Source of the DNA: a virus
Lineage: Duplodnaviria > Caudoviricetes
DNA length: 64,000 bases
Virus record (IMG/VR): IMGVR_UViG_3300025392_000002
Strand: one strand, 5' to 3'
A model generated the notes under the pieces. That model was not told the origin of the DNA. It did no database searches and saw only the letters and a program-made list of their open reading frames with translations. This document shows, in pieces, positions 36,399 through 45,146 of this stretch (position 1 is its first letter; every line of letters starts with the position of its first letter). The position numbers and the translations under genes were made by a program.

Positions 36399-38369
36399 AT
36401 GGCTAGTGAAAATGTAACCGTTACGATAGATTCTGTAGTAATCGGTAAACAAATTGCCGAAGCATTAACAAGCTGGCTTGGAAAACAATCGGGTACTTTA
36501 AAAGCGGGTGGCACAGATGTTGCAGGTCTTACCGCGGCAGCAATTCCCGCGGCTACAGCCATAGGCGGTATGAAAGATCAAAGTAATGCGGCAACTGCAT
36601 CTTTGACAAGATTTGCAGGTGTAATTCCTTACGCAGGCACAGCATTTGCTGGCCTTATTCAAGATATAGATACTGCAAGAGCGCAAACTAATAAAAATTT
36701 CCAACAAGGTATCGGCGGTTTAAGTTTATTTGACACAGCAGAAAAAGCTGCCAAGGCTGGATTTAACAGCCAGGAACAATATAGAGAAGCACTGACAAGA
36801 TCAGGCGGAGCACTAGGTGGCATAAACAATGCAATAGGTCAAACTAGTAACGATATTTTAAGATTTGGAGAAAAGGTAAGAAATAACGATCTAGATCAGA
36901 ACCAAAAGAGCTTGCTAAAAAGCAATGCCATGCTGGGAGATGAGTTGGGTAGAGTTGCAGTTTTAAGCCAATACGGACGTAGAGACAAATTATCAGAAGG
37001 CGACGCAACTAATCGTGCAGTGGAAGCTACTGACAAATTAAGTAGAGAAATTTTAAGACAAGCTGGAGTAACTGGTAAAAGTACCACAGCTATAGAAGCA
37101 GAATTAGAAGAACGTCTACAGCAACCAGCGGTATTAGCCAATATGCGCCAAATGACAGAGAAACAACGTGAAAGTTTCATGTCAAATCAAGTAGCGTTAA
37201 GTGGTATGGGTAAGAATGTTTCTGATTTAAGTGCCACACTCGGTATAAATGGTCGTCTAAGTGAAACACAACGTTATCAGTTACTAGCCATGGGTCCAGC
37301 CGCAAGTGAATTTCAACGTGCAAGTCGTATGGCTGCCTTGGCAAAAACTGATGAACAAAAACAAATGGCTGCAGATGCCATGGCAAGAGCACAGGCCAAA
37401 GCCAATGATTATCAAAATAGTCCTCAGTTTGCCAATGCATTGAAAAATCTAGCTGAAGGTGATCCACGTAGACAGGCCATGGAAGCACAAATGAGGCAAA
37501 ATTTAACTGCGGCTCCACAAGCAGCCGCACAGAGAGACACTGGATTGTCAGGAGTAAGTGCTAATAAACTTGCCAGAGATGAAATTGATAGAACAATAGC
37601 TGGTAAAAAACTAGTGGGCGGCAAAGAAGTAGAAGATACTGGGCAAACTATGGCACGTATGTCCGCAGAAGGCAATTTAAGAGCGCAGGCAAATACACAA
37701 GGTATGATTGGAGCACTAAATGACCTTGGTAAACAAATGGATAAGAACGGTGCATTTGCTAAAAAATATGGAGAAATGTTAGATTTCTTATACGGTAAAG
37801 AAACAACTGCCGCGGCTGCACAAGAAAGAAATGCAAAATTTATACAAGATGTTGCTAAAGCAGTTAATACTGTTGCTAACACTGCCAGTGGTAATAACAG
37901 TAATACTCCTAATGGTCAACGAGAAACTCCAGGAGTTCCTCCATATGTGCCGGGACAAACTCGTCCTCGTGTCGAAGGAGGTTCTCACGCAAGTGGAACT
38001 AAAGAATCTTTTGGTGATTGGTTTGGCAAAGACTTTGGCGGCGGTATGCTAGCAGAATTACACGGTCCTGAAGCAGTAGTTCCACAAGCTAAAATTGGCG
38101 AGTTTATGAAAGACATGATGTCTGGTATTAGTAAATCAAAAGCACAAGGCGCACAAACTGATTTACCCAATATGACAAACATGGGCAATACCGGTACTAG
38201 CGGTAGTGGAAATAGCGATAATGTAACTCTAAAAGACGTGTTAGCCAGTCTACAACAGTTAAATAAGACTATGGGACAAGTAGCTTCGCATTCAGAGTCA
38301 ACTGCTGAAGCAAGTCATAAAACAGCTAGATTAGCTGGCAAGGCTACTGGTAATAGAGTAGCGGTTTAA
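36399..38369 (+). CDS. Tape-measure-like protein
   Basis: 656 aa, Ala/Gln/Met-rich and helical; C-terminal HASGT...AELHGPEAVVP motif typical of tape measure proteins; adjacent to the frameshifting chaperone. Confidence 0.65.
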   Translation: MASENVTVTIDSVVIGKQIAEALTSWLGKQSGTLKAGGTDVAGLTAAAIPAATAIGGMKDQSNAATASLTRFAGVIPYAGTAFAGLIQDIDTARAQTNKNFQQGIGGLSLFDTAEKAAKAGFNSQEQYREALTRSGGALGGINNAIGQTSNDILRFGEKVRNNDLDQNQKSLLKSNAMLGDELGRVAVLSQYGRRDKLSEGDATNRAVEATDKLSREILRQAGVTGKSTTAIEAELEERLQQPAVLANMRQMTEKQRESFMSNQVALSGMGKNVSDLSATLGINGRLSETQRYQLLAMGPAASEFQRASRMAALAKTDEQKQMAADAMARAQAKANDYQNSPQFANALKNLAEGDPRRQAMEAQMRQNLTAAPQAAAQRDTGLSGVSANKLARDEIDRTIAGKKLVGGKEVEDTGQTMARMSAEGNLRAQANTQGMIGALNDLGKQMDKNGAFAKKYGEMLDFLYGKETTAAAAQERNAKFIQDVAKAVNTVANTASGNNSNTPNGQRETPGVPPYVPGQTRPRVEGGSHASGTKESFGDWFGKDFGGGMLAELHGPEAVVPQAKIGEFMKDMMSGISKSKAQGAQTDLPNMTNMGNTGTSGSGNSDNVTLKDVLASLQQLNKTMGQVASHSESTAEASHKTARLAGKATGNRVAV

Positions 38370-38380
38370 GGATAAAACGA

Positions 38381-40123
38381 ATGAGTTGGAAAAAATATTT
38401 CACACCTGTGCCGGTTAATGGCGAAGTCTTAAGCCCAATCAGCGGAATGAATTCCGGAAATCGCCCAGGCCCAGCTCGTACAAACTACAGTAGTTACTTG
38501 CCAGATGTTTATACTGGTAGTCCAAATCGTGTAGAACGTTATCAGCAGTATGAAGTTATGGACAGCGATCCAGAAGTTAATGCGGCATTAGATATTCTAG
38601 CAGAGTTCTGCACACAAAAACTAAAAGACAATAACAATCCGTTTGCAGTCAAATGGCGCCACAAGGCAACTAATAGCGAAATCCGTATTCTCAGTGAGTA
38701 CTTACAGCAGTGGAACAAGTTACAAAACTTTGATATTCGTATTTTCCGTATTGTTCGCAATACATTCAAGTATGGCGATAGCTTTTTCATCCGTGATCCA
38801 GAAAATCAAAAGTGGAGTTATGTAGATCCTAGTAATTTAGTCAAGGTTATTGTAAACGAAAGCGAAGGCAAAAAGCCTGAACAGTACATTCTTAAAGATC
38901 TAGCACCTAATTTTGAAAATTTAGTTGCTACAATGATTACTCCTAACATTAATCCTAAGCAAACTGGTGGTGGTCCACTACCTGCCAGCGGATATTTAGG
39001 TAGCAGTGGCAGTCGCGGTAGTACAAGTAGCGGCGGCGGAAGTGGTAGCGGTAGTCGCTTTGGTATGCAACACAAAGAAAATGCTATCGATGCCAAGCAT
39101 ATTGTACACTTATCCTTGTCAGAAGGATTGGATAATAACTATCCGTTTGGCAATAGCTTGCTAGAAAATGTTTATAAAGTGTATAAACAGAAAGAATTAT
39201 TAGAAGATGCTATCTTAATCTATCGTATACAACGTGCTCCAGAGCGCAGAGTATTCCATATTGACGTAGGAAACATGCCAAGTCACTTGGCTATGGCATT
39301 CGTAGAGCGTGTTAAGAATGAAATCCATCAAAGACGTATACCAAGTCAAACTGGTGGTGGACAAAACGTTATTGATAGTGCATACAATCCACTATCAATT
39401 AACGAAGATTACTTCTTTCCTAAAACAGCAGACGGTAAAGGTTCAGATGTTACCATGCTTGAAGGCGGTAAGAACATTGGTGAAATTGACGACTTAAAGT
39501 ATTTTACTAATAAATTATTCCGTGGTTTACGTATTCCTAGTAGCTATTTGCCTACAGGACAAGATGATAGCCAGTCAAACTTCAACGACGGCCGTGTCGG
39601 AACTGCTTATATTCAAGAATTACGCTTTAACAAGTACTGCGAACGCTTACAAAGTCTAATGACTGCGGTGTTTGATGCTGAGTTTAAGATGTTTATGCAC
39701 AGCAAAGGCATGAATATTGACAGCAACTTGTTTGAATTATCCTTTAATCCACCATTAAACTTCGCCAGTAGCAAGCAAGCGGCTATCGATGCCGAGCGTA
39801 TCAACACATTTAATACCATTCAAGCAATACCTTTTGTGTCAAAACGCTTTGCTCTCAAGCGTTTCTTAGGTCTAACAGCAGAAGAGATTGCAGAAAATGA
39901 ACGCATGTGGGCAGACGAAAATGGTAAAGGTGAGCCAACTGCTACTGATGCCGCTGGAGAATTACGTAGTGCAGGCTTATCTGCTAGCGGAATTGAAGGC
40001 GACCTAGGCGCAGCCGCTGATATGACTGCACCAGAAGACATGCAAGAGCCAGGATCAGAAGGCATGAGTCCTACTGGCGCTCCTACACAACCTGGGGCAC
40101 CTCCTCCGCCCCCTGCCGCATAA
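38381..40123 (+). CDS. gp20: Portal protein
   Basis: LLEDAILIYRIQRAPERRVFHIDVGNMP, EDYFFP, IDDLKYF..KLFRGLRIPSSYL, ELRFNKYCERLQ. Confidence 0.95.
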   Translation: MSWKKYFTPVPVNGEVLSPISGMNSGNRPGPARTNYSSYLPDVYTGSPNRVERYQQYEVMDSDPEVNAALDILAEFCTQKLKDNNNPFAVKWRHKATNSEIRILSEYLQQWNKLQNFDIRIFRIVRNTFKYGDSFFIRDPENQKWSYVDPSNLVKVIVNESEGKKPEQYILKDLAPNFENLVATMITPNINPKQTGGGPLPASGYLGSSGSRGSTSSGGGSGSGSRFGMQHKENAIDAKHIVHLSLSEGLDNNYPFGNSLLENVYKVYKQKELLEDAILIYRIQRAPERRVFHIDVGNMPSHLAMAFVERVKNEIHQRRIPSQTGGGQNVIDSAYNPLSINEDYFFPKTADGKGSDVTMLEGGKNIGEIDDLKYFTNKLFRGLRIPSSYLPTGQDDSQSNFNDGRVGTAYIQELRFNKYCERLQSLMTAVFDAEFKMFMHSKGMNIDSNLFELSFNPPLNFASSKQAAIDAERINTFNTIQAIPFVSKRFALKRFLGLTAEEIAENERMWADENGKGEPTATDAAGELRSAGLSASGIEGDLGAAADMTAPEDMQEPGSEGMSPTGAPTQPGAPPPPPAA

Positions 40124-40126
40124 ATA
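40120..40126 (+). promoter_or_regulatory. Late promoter (ATAAATA)
   Basis: Overlaps the portal stop codon; 4 nt before the ATG at 40131. Confidence 0.7.
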
Positions 40127-40130
40127 TAAT

Positions 40131-40373
40131 ATGATCCTAAGAGAATTGTTTTACATTGATCCTGATACTAGGCATATAGCCAACGATTTGCGCTATGAGC
40201 CCAAGCGTGACGATACAATCATGCATAGAGATGACACACGTAAGACAAGATTAACTCTTAGACAACTGAACGAACTTAGAAAAAGCAGTGAAGCACACAT
40301 ACTAGAACAGGAAAGTGAATTAGAATTTATTCATTCAATGTATGCCGCACCGCCAGCCGCACCAGCCGCTTAA
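40131..40373 (+). CDS. Small head-module protein
   Basis: 80 aa between the portal and the acidic core gene; DTRKTRLTLRQLNELRK motif. Confidence 0.75.
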   Translation: MILRELFYIDPDTRHIANDLRYEPKRDDTIMHRDDTRKTRLTLRQLNELRKSSEAHILEQESELEFIHSMYAAPPAAPAA

Positions 40374-40376
40374 TAA

Positions 40377-40400
40377 AAATCAGTCAAAACTGACTGATTT
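40377..40400. other. Perfect 10-bp hairpin (terminator or processing site)
   Basis: AAATCAGTCA-AAAC-TGACTGATTT. Confidence 0.6.
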
Positions 40401-40434
40401 CCACCTATATCTATACACTTTTTGTAATAAAGTG

Positions 40435-40440
40435 TAAATA
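40435..40440 (+). promoter_or_regulatory. Late promoter (TAAATA)
   Basis: Upstream of the AGGAGA SD and the ATG at 40482. Confidence 0.65.
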
Positions 40441-40481
40441 TATTACAGCCTTGTATCAATACAACCACAGGAGAATTTAAC

Positions 40482-41444
40482 ATGACTGACCGCGCTCAAT
40501 TTGAAGCCATGCTTGAAGCTTTGATCAATGACGATCAACAAGCAGCCAAAGAAATATTTCACAACATCGTAGTAGGTAAATCACGTGAGATTTACGAAGA
40601 ACTACTAGCAGAAGATTTTAGCCGTGACACTGGTAATCCATACTCAGCACAATCTGAAAGTATGGAAGAAGAAGGTGTAGAGGAAGACATGGAAGAAGAA
40701 GAATCCATGGAAGAAGAAGGCGCTGAAGAAGAAGAAGGCGCTGAAGAAGAAGAAGAAAAAGACAGCGAAGAAGATGATGCTGAAGATGAGCCAGAAGATG
40801 ATGGCGAAGAAGATCCATTTGCTAGCGACGAAGAAGGTGATGAAGCTGATGGCGACATCGAAGATCGTGTAATGGATTTAGAAGATGCTTTAGAAGATCT
40901 AAAAGCAGAATTTGAACAATTATTGTCACAAGAAGACGAAGAAGGTCATCACGATATGGATGCAATCCATGGTGCAGGCGATGACATGGGAATGGATGCA
41001 GAAGTAGACGAATTTAGTTTACCAGGTGCCGACACAAATTCAGCAATGTTTGAATATGTTGACAAAGTAAGTCCACCAAAGCATGGTGACAACGGAGTTC
41101 AAACACGTTCAACTGTAGCTGGCAAGAACAATATGGGTGGTACAGCCGCTAATATTGCTCAGAACCATGTAGAAGTACACGGTGATGCTGGAACTAAAGC
41201 TGGTGGAACTAAAGGCGGTTTGCTAAAGCCAACAACAGCTGACTTAACAGCAGGACTAGGAGAAATCCATAATCGTCCAGGTAAGACAGATGCTGGTAAG
41301 AAAGGTTTTAAGAAAACAGTAGCTGGCGGTGGAATTGATCGTCAAGCTGGTTTCAACAAGCCAGGCAAGCAAGTTGGTGCAACAGACTCAAGCGGTAAAG
41401 GCGAAAGCAATACCCAGAGTACATTGCGTCCACTAAAGAAGTAA
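40482..41444 (+). CDS. Acidic prohead core/scaffold-like protein
   Basis: Very Glu/Asp-rich middle, basic Gly-rich C-terminus; lies between portal and protease like T4 gp67/gp68. Confidence 0.65.
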   Translation: MTDRAQFEAMLEALINDDQQAAKEIFHNIVVGKSREIYEELLAEDFSRDTGNPYSAQSESMEEEGVEEDMEEEESMEEEGAEEEEGAEEEEEKDSEEDDAEDEPEDDGEEDPFASDEEGDEADGDIEDRVMDLEDALEDLKAEFEQLLSQEDEEGHHDMDAIHGAGDDMGMDAEVDEFSLPGADTNSAMFEYVDKVSPPKHGDNGVQTRSTVAGKNNMGGTAANIAQNHVEVHGDAGTKAGGTKGGLLKPTTADLTAGLGEIHNRPGKTDAGKKGFKKTVAGGGIDRQAGFNKPGKQVGATDSSGKGESNTQSTLRPLKK

Positions 41445-41466
41445 TATAAAGAGTACATACTAATAT

Positions 41467-42096
41467 ATGTCACTATACCTCCGAGAGAATCTCAGTTTCA
41501 ACGAAGCAAAGATGGTCGTTGAATCTGATGACAAAGAAGGAAAAAACTTATACATGTCCGGGATTTGCATCCAGGGCGGTATAAAAAACGCTAACCAGCG
41601 TGTTTATCCTGTAAATGAGATTGGCAAGGCTGTCAAAACCTTAAACGATCAGATTCAAAACGGCTATTCAGTTCTCGGAGAAGTAGATCATCCAGATGAT
41701 CTAAAAATTAACCTGGATCGTGTAAGTCACATGATTGTAAATATGTGGATGGACGGTCCAAATGGTTACGGGAAGTTGAAAATACTTCCAACACCAATGG
41801 GACAACTAATCAAGACAATGCTGGAAAGCGGAGTCAAGTTAGGTGTTTCAAGTCGCGGATCCGGAAACGTCAAAGATGACGGATCCGGTGAAGTATCGGA
41901 TTTTGAGATTATCACAGTAGATATGGTAGCTCAACCTAGTGCTCCGGGAGCATACCCAACACCAATTTATGAACACTTGATGAATAATCGAGGCGGATTA
42001 AATGCCTTGCGTATAGCGCAAGAGGTGAAAGGTGACCCTAAAGCACAGAAATATCTCAAAGAGAGTTTATTAGCAATAATAAACAAACTCCAATAA
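41467..42096 (+). CDS. gp21: Prohead core protease
   Basis: NANQRVYP, GEVDHP, RVSH, ILPTPMG, GVSSRGSG, DMVAQPSAPGA. Confidence 0.95.
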   Translation: MSLYLRENLSFNEAKMVVESDDKEGKNLYMSGICIQGGIKNANQRVYPVNEIGKAVKTLNDQIQNGYSVLGEVDHPDDLKINLDRVSHMIVNMWMDGPNGYGKLKILPTPMGQLIKTMLESGVKLGVSSRGSGNVKDDGSGEVSDFEIITVDMVAQPSAPGAYPTPIYEHLMNNRGGLNALRIAQEVKGDPKAQKYLKESLLAIINKLQ

Positions 42097-42109
42097 TAAG
42101 GAGAATCAC

Positions 42110-43204
42110 ATGTTGGATGCGCTAAAAAGTTTATTTGAAAACAATGTGATTTCTGCGGAGATCAAAGAGTCTATTGAGGCTGCTTTCGAAGCTCGTATCA
42201 ACGAAGCTAAGGAAACTGCTACTCAACAGCTACGCGAAGAGTTTGCACAAAAATATGAACATGACAAGAACACAATGATTGACGCAGTAGATCGTATGAT
42301 CTCTGAGCAGTTAAGTGCTGAGATTGTTGAATTTGCAGATGATCGTAACCAACTAGCAGAGATGAAAATCAAGCTAGCGAAAGAAAAACAGAAGACAGCT
42401 AAGGTAATGAAGGAATTTGTTACACGTCAGTTGGCCGCTGAAGTTCGTGAGTTACATGAAGATCAAGTTGCAATGGCAAGTAAGTTTGGTAAATTAGAAC
42501 AATTCGTTGTAGAAGCTCTAGCTCAAGAAATTACAGAGTTTTACAAAGACAAACAGGACCTAGCAGAAACTAAAGTTCGCTTGGTTCGTGAAGGTCGTAA
42601 AGAAATCAAGAAGGTAAAAGAAGCATTTGTACAACGTGCCGCTAAGATGGTTGAAGGTGTTGTAAGTCAAGGCCTACGTGCTGAGATGAAGACATTGAAA
42701 GAAGACATTGAAGCCGCTCGCCGTGCAGACTTTGGTCGCAAGTTATTCGAAGCTTTTGCTCACGAATATCAAGCGTCTTATCTAAATGAAAAATCGGAAA
42801 CTGCAAAATTACTCAAAGTCATAGACTTGAAAGATCAAGCAATGCAAGAGGCCGCTAAGGCCGTTGTACAAGCTGAACAAATCCTAGAAAGTAAAGAACA
42901 GACAATCCGTGCTTTGAAAGAAGCTCAAGAAAGAAAAGCAATCATGGACGAACTTTTGTCTCCTCTAAACAAGGAACAAAAAGAGATCATGGGCGAATTG
43001 ATGGAGAGTGTAAAGACTACTCGTCTAAACGAAAGTTTTGAAAAGTATCTTCCAGCAGTGTTAGCTGGAAACGCTCCGCAGAAGAAACAGGCACTAGTAG
43101 AGGCTAAAGAAATAACCGGAAATAAGATTTCCAACAACCAAAATAGAAGTGAGACCGATAACAATATCATTGATATTCGTAAGCTCGCTGGACTAAAATT
43201 CTAA
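42110..43204 (+). CDS. gp22: Prohead core scaffolding protein
   Basis: Long charged coiled coil between the protease and the major capsid gene. Confidence 0.8.
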   Translation: MLDALKSLFENNVISAEIKESIEAAFEARINEAKETATQQLREEFAQKYEHDKNTMIDAVDRMISEQLSAEIVEFADDRNQLAEMKIKLAKEKQKTAKVMKEFVTRQLAAEVRELHEDQVAMASKFGKLEQFVVEALAQEITEFYKDKQDLAETKVRLVREGRKEIKKVKEAFVQRAAKMVEGVVSQGLRAEMKTLKEDIEAARRADFGRKLFEAFAHEYQASYLNEKSETAKLLKVIDLKDQAMQEAAKAVVQAEQILESKEQTIRALKEAQERKAIMDELLSPLNKEQKEIMGELMESVKTTRLNESFEKYLPAVLAGNAPQKKQALVEAKEITGNKISNNQNRSETDNNIIDIRKLAGLKF

Positions 43205-43216
43205 GGAGAAATTTAA

Positions 43217-44392
43217 ATGTCAGAACTATTAAACGGACGTTGGGCAGAAACAAAGGAAGCCCTATTAGAAGGCTTATCAGGCACTAAAAAATCAGTGATG
43301 GGAGTTACTCTAGAAAATACTCGTAAGTATTTGATGGAATCTCCAACAGCTGGTGCCACTTCTGCTGGTAACGTTGCAACATTAAACCGCGTGATTCTTC
43401 CAGTAATCCGCCGTGTCATGCCAACAGTCATTGCTAATGAACTAGTTGGTGTACAACCAATGACTGGCCCAGTTGGTCAAATTCACACATTGCGTGTACG
43501 CTACAGCGATACATCAGCAGGTGCGAACGTTCTAGCTGGTGAAGAGGCATTGAGCCCATTCAAGATTGCCGCTAGCTACTCTGGTAACGCTAACGATGCT
43601 GCCGCTAAAGCAACATCAACAGCAACACTAGAAGGTGTAGCAGGTAACAGAATGAGCATCCAAATCTTGAAACAAACTGTTGAAGCGAAGACACGTAAAT
43701 TGTCAGCTCGTTGGACATTTGAATCAGCTCAGGATGCACAAGCACAGCAAGGTATCGACGTTGAAGCAGAAGTAATGGCTGCTTTAGCACAAGAAATCAC
43801 AGCTGAAATCGACCAAGAGATCATTGCATCATTGATCAGCTTGGCAGGTACTGCAACACAGACTTATGACCAGTCAGCAGTTTCAGGTACAGCTACATTC
43901 GTTGGTGACGAGCATGCCGCTTTGGCAGTTCAGATCAATCGTGTTAGCAACTTGATCGCCCAGCGTACACGTCGTGGTGCTGGTAACTACGCTGTTGTAT
44001 CACCATTTGCATTGACAATCCTACAATCTGCTACTACAAGCGCATTTGCTCGTACAACAGAAGGTACATTCGAAGCTCCTACAAACACTAAGTTTGTTGG
44101 TACATTGAACAATGCTATGAAGATTTATGTAAACAGCTATGCAACTGATTCAACTGATATTCTTATCGGTTACAAAGGTGCTAGCGAGTCTGATGCTCCT
44201 GCATTCTATTGCCCATACATTCCATTGATGAGCAGTGGTGTAGTACTTGACCCATCAACATTCGAACCAGTCGTTTCATTCATGACACGTTATGGCTATG
44301 TTGAATTGTCTAACACAGCATCTAGCTTAGGTAATGCGGCTGACTATTTAGGTCGTGTTGCTATCACTTCAGCTAACGTTAAGTTCAGCTAA
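43217..44392 (+). CDS. gp23: Major capsid protein
   Basis: RRVMPTVIANELVGVQPMTGPVGQI, VEAKTRKLSARWT, EITAEIDQE, FYCPYIPL, MTRYG; strongly biased codons. Confidence 0.97.
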   Translation: MSELLNGRWAETKEALLEGLSGTKKSVMGVTLENTRKYLMESPTAGATSAGNVATLNRVILPVIRRVMPTVIANELVGVQPMTGPVGQIHTLRVRYSDTSAGANVLAGEEALSPFKIAASYSGNANDAAAKATSTATLEGVAGNRMSIQILKQTVEAKTRKLSARWTFESAQDAQAQQGIDVEAEVMAALAQEITAEIDQEIIASLISLAGTATQTYDQSAVSGTATFVGDEHAALAVQINRVSNLIAQRTRRGAGNYAVVSPFALTILQSATTSAFARTTEGTFEAPTNTKFVGTLNNAMKIYVNSYATDSTDILIGYKGASESDAPAFYCPYIPLMSSGVVLDPSTFEPVVSFMTRYGYVELSNTASSLGNAADYLGRVAITSANVKFS

Positions 44393-44424
44393 TTCAAACC
44401 TAAACAGTTTGTTAGTAATAAAAC

Positions 44425-44449
44425 AAAAGGGATCTTCGGATCCCTTTTT
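44425..44449 (+). terminator. Rho-independent terminator after gp23
   Basis: AAAAGGGATC-TTCG-GATCCCTTTTT. Confidence 0.9.
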
Positions 44450-44456
44450 GTTTGGG

Positions 44457-44462
44457 TAAATA
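44457..44462 (+). promoter_or_regulatory. Late promoter (TAAATA)
   Basis: Directly after the terminator; 4 nt before the ATG at 44467. Confidence 0.65.
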
Positions 44463-44466
44463 TATG

Positions 44467-45060
44467 ATGACCACTACTGCCTTTTTAAATCCAACAAATT
44501 TATCTAATCTGAATATACCTAATACTGTTACTGGGTATCCAAGTATTGACTGGATTACAAAAAATAATACTATTTTAGAAAACAATTACGCAACTAGTAG
44601 TAAACCTTTACATACTATTAGTGGATTATGGATGGAAAAGTTTCTTAGTAATACCAGCGAATTATACTGCACAGGATATAAATTTGCCGATACAGGACTA
44701 ATAGTTGCCGGCATTGAACTAGCTCTTAATGTACAACGTGCCAGTAGAATTCAAGATTTAAAAATTAAATTAGTGTTAAATGGTGCAGAGATTGCCAACG
44801 GTAATAATCTTGCCAGCACTGTAAATCCTGTACAAAGCAATATGTATGTAGGAACAGGTCCTACAGATGTGTATCCTGTACCAGTAGGCGATTATAATGT
44901 CTATGGCGGCGATTTGAGTCTATGGGGAGTTACACTAACAAGCACACAGATAGCAGATCCTACGTTTGGTGTTGTGATTAGTTTCCACAGTAATCAAATA
45001 TATCCGCATACTGATCTAGTTTATCTGGATCAAGCGGCATTAAGAGTTACCTACGCATAA
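44467..45060 (+). CDS. Hypothetical virion-associated protein
   Basis: Beta-rich ORF. The track start (TTG 44452) lies upstream of the late promoter, so ATG 44464 or 44467 is preferred. Confidence 0.7.
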   Translation: MTTTAFLNPTNLSNLNIPNTVTGYPSIDWITKNNTILENNYATSSKPLHTISGLWMEKFLSNTSELYCTGYKFADTGLIVAGIELALNVQRASRIQDLKIKLVLNGAEIANGNNLASTVNPVQSNMYVGTGPTDVYPVPVGDYNVYGGDLSLWGVTLTSTQIADPTFGVVISFHSNQIYPHTDLVYLDQAALRVTYA

Positions 45061-45146
45061 ATACATTGTCACGCTTGCATGGTGCAAGTTTATGCGGATA
45101 ACCCAACCGCGTATGACATAGAACGTCAAATTTAAGGAGAAACAAA
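45057..45146 (+). promoter_or_regulatory. Late promoter plus structured 5' leader (three-way junction)
   Basis: ATAAATA 45057-45063; TGTCA/TGACA helix enclosing two 7-bp hairpins; then AAGGAG SD. Confidence 0.65.

Noticed and set aside
40660-40860. GAAGAA-type tandem repeats as an array
   Set aside because: They encode the poly-Glu/Asp region of the core protein; no repeat-spacer structure, so not CRISPR.
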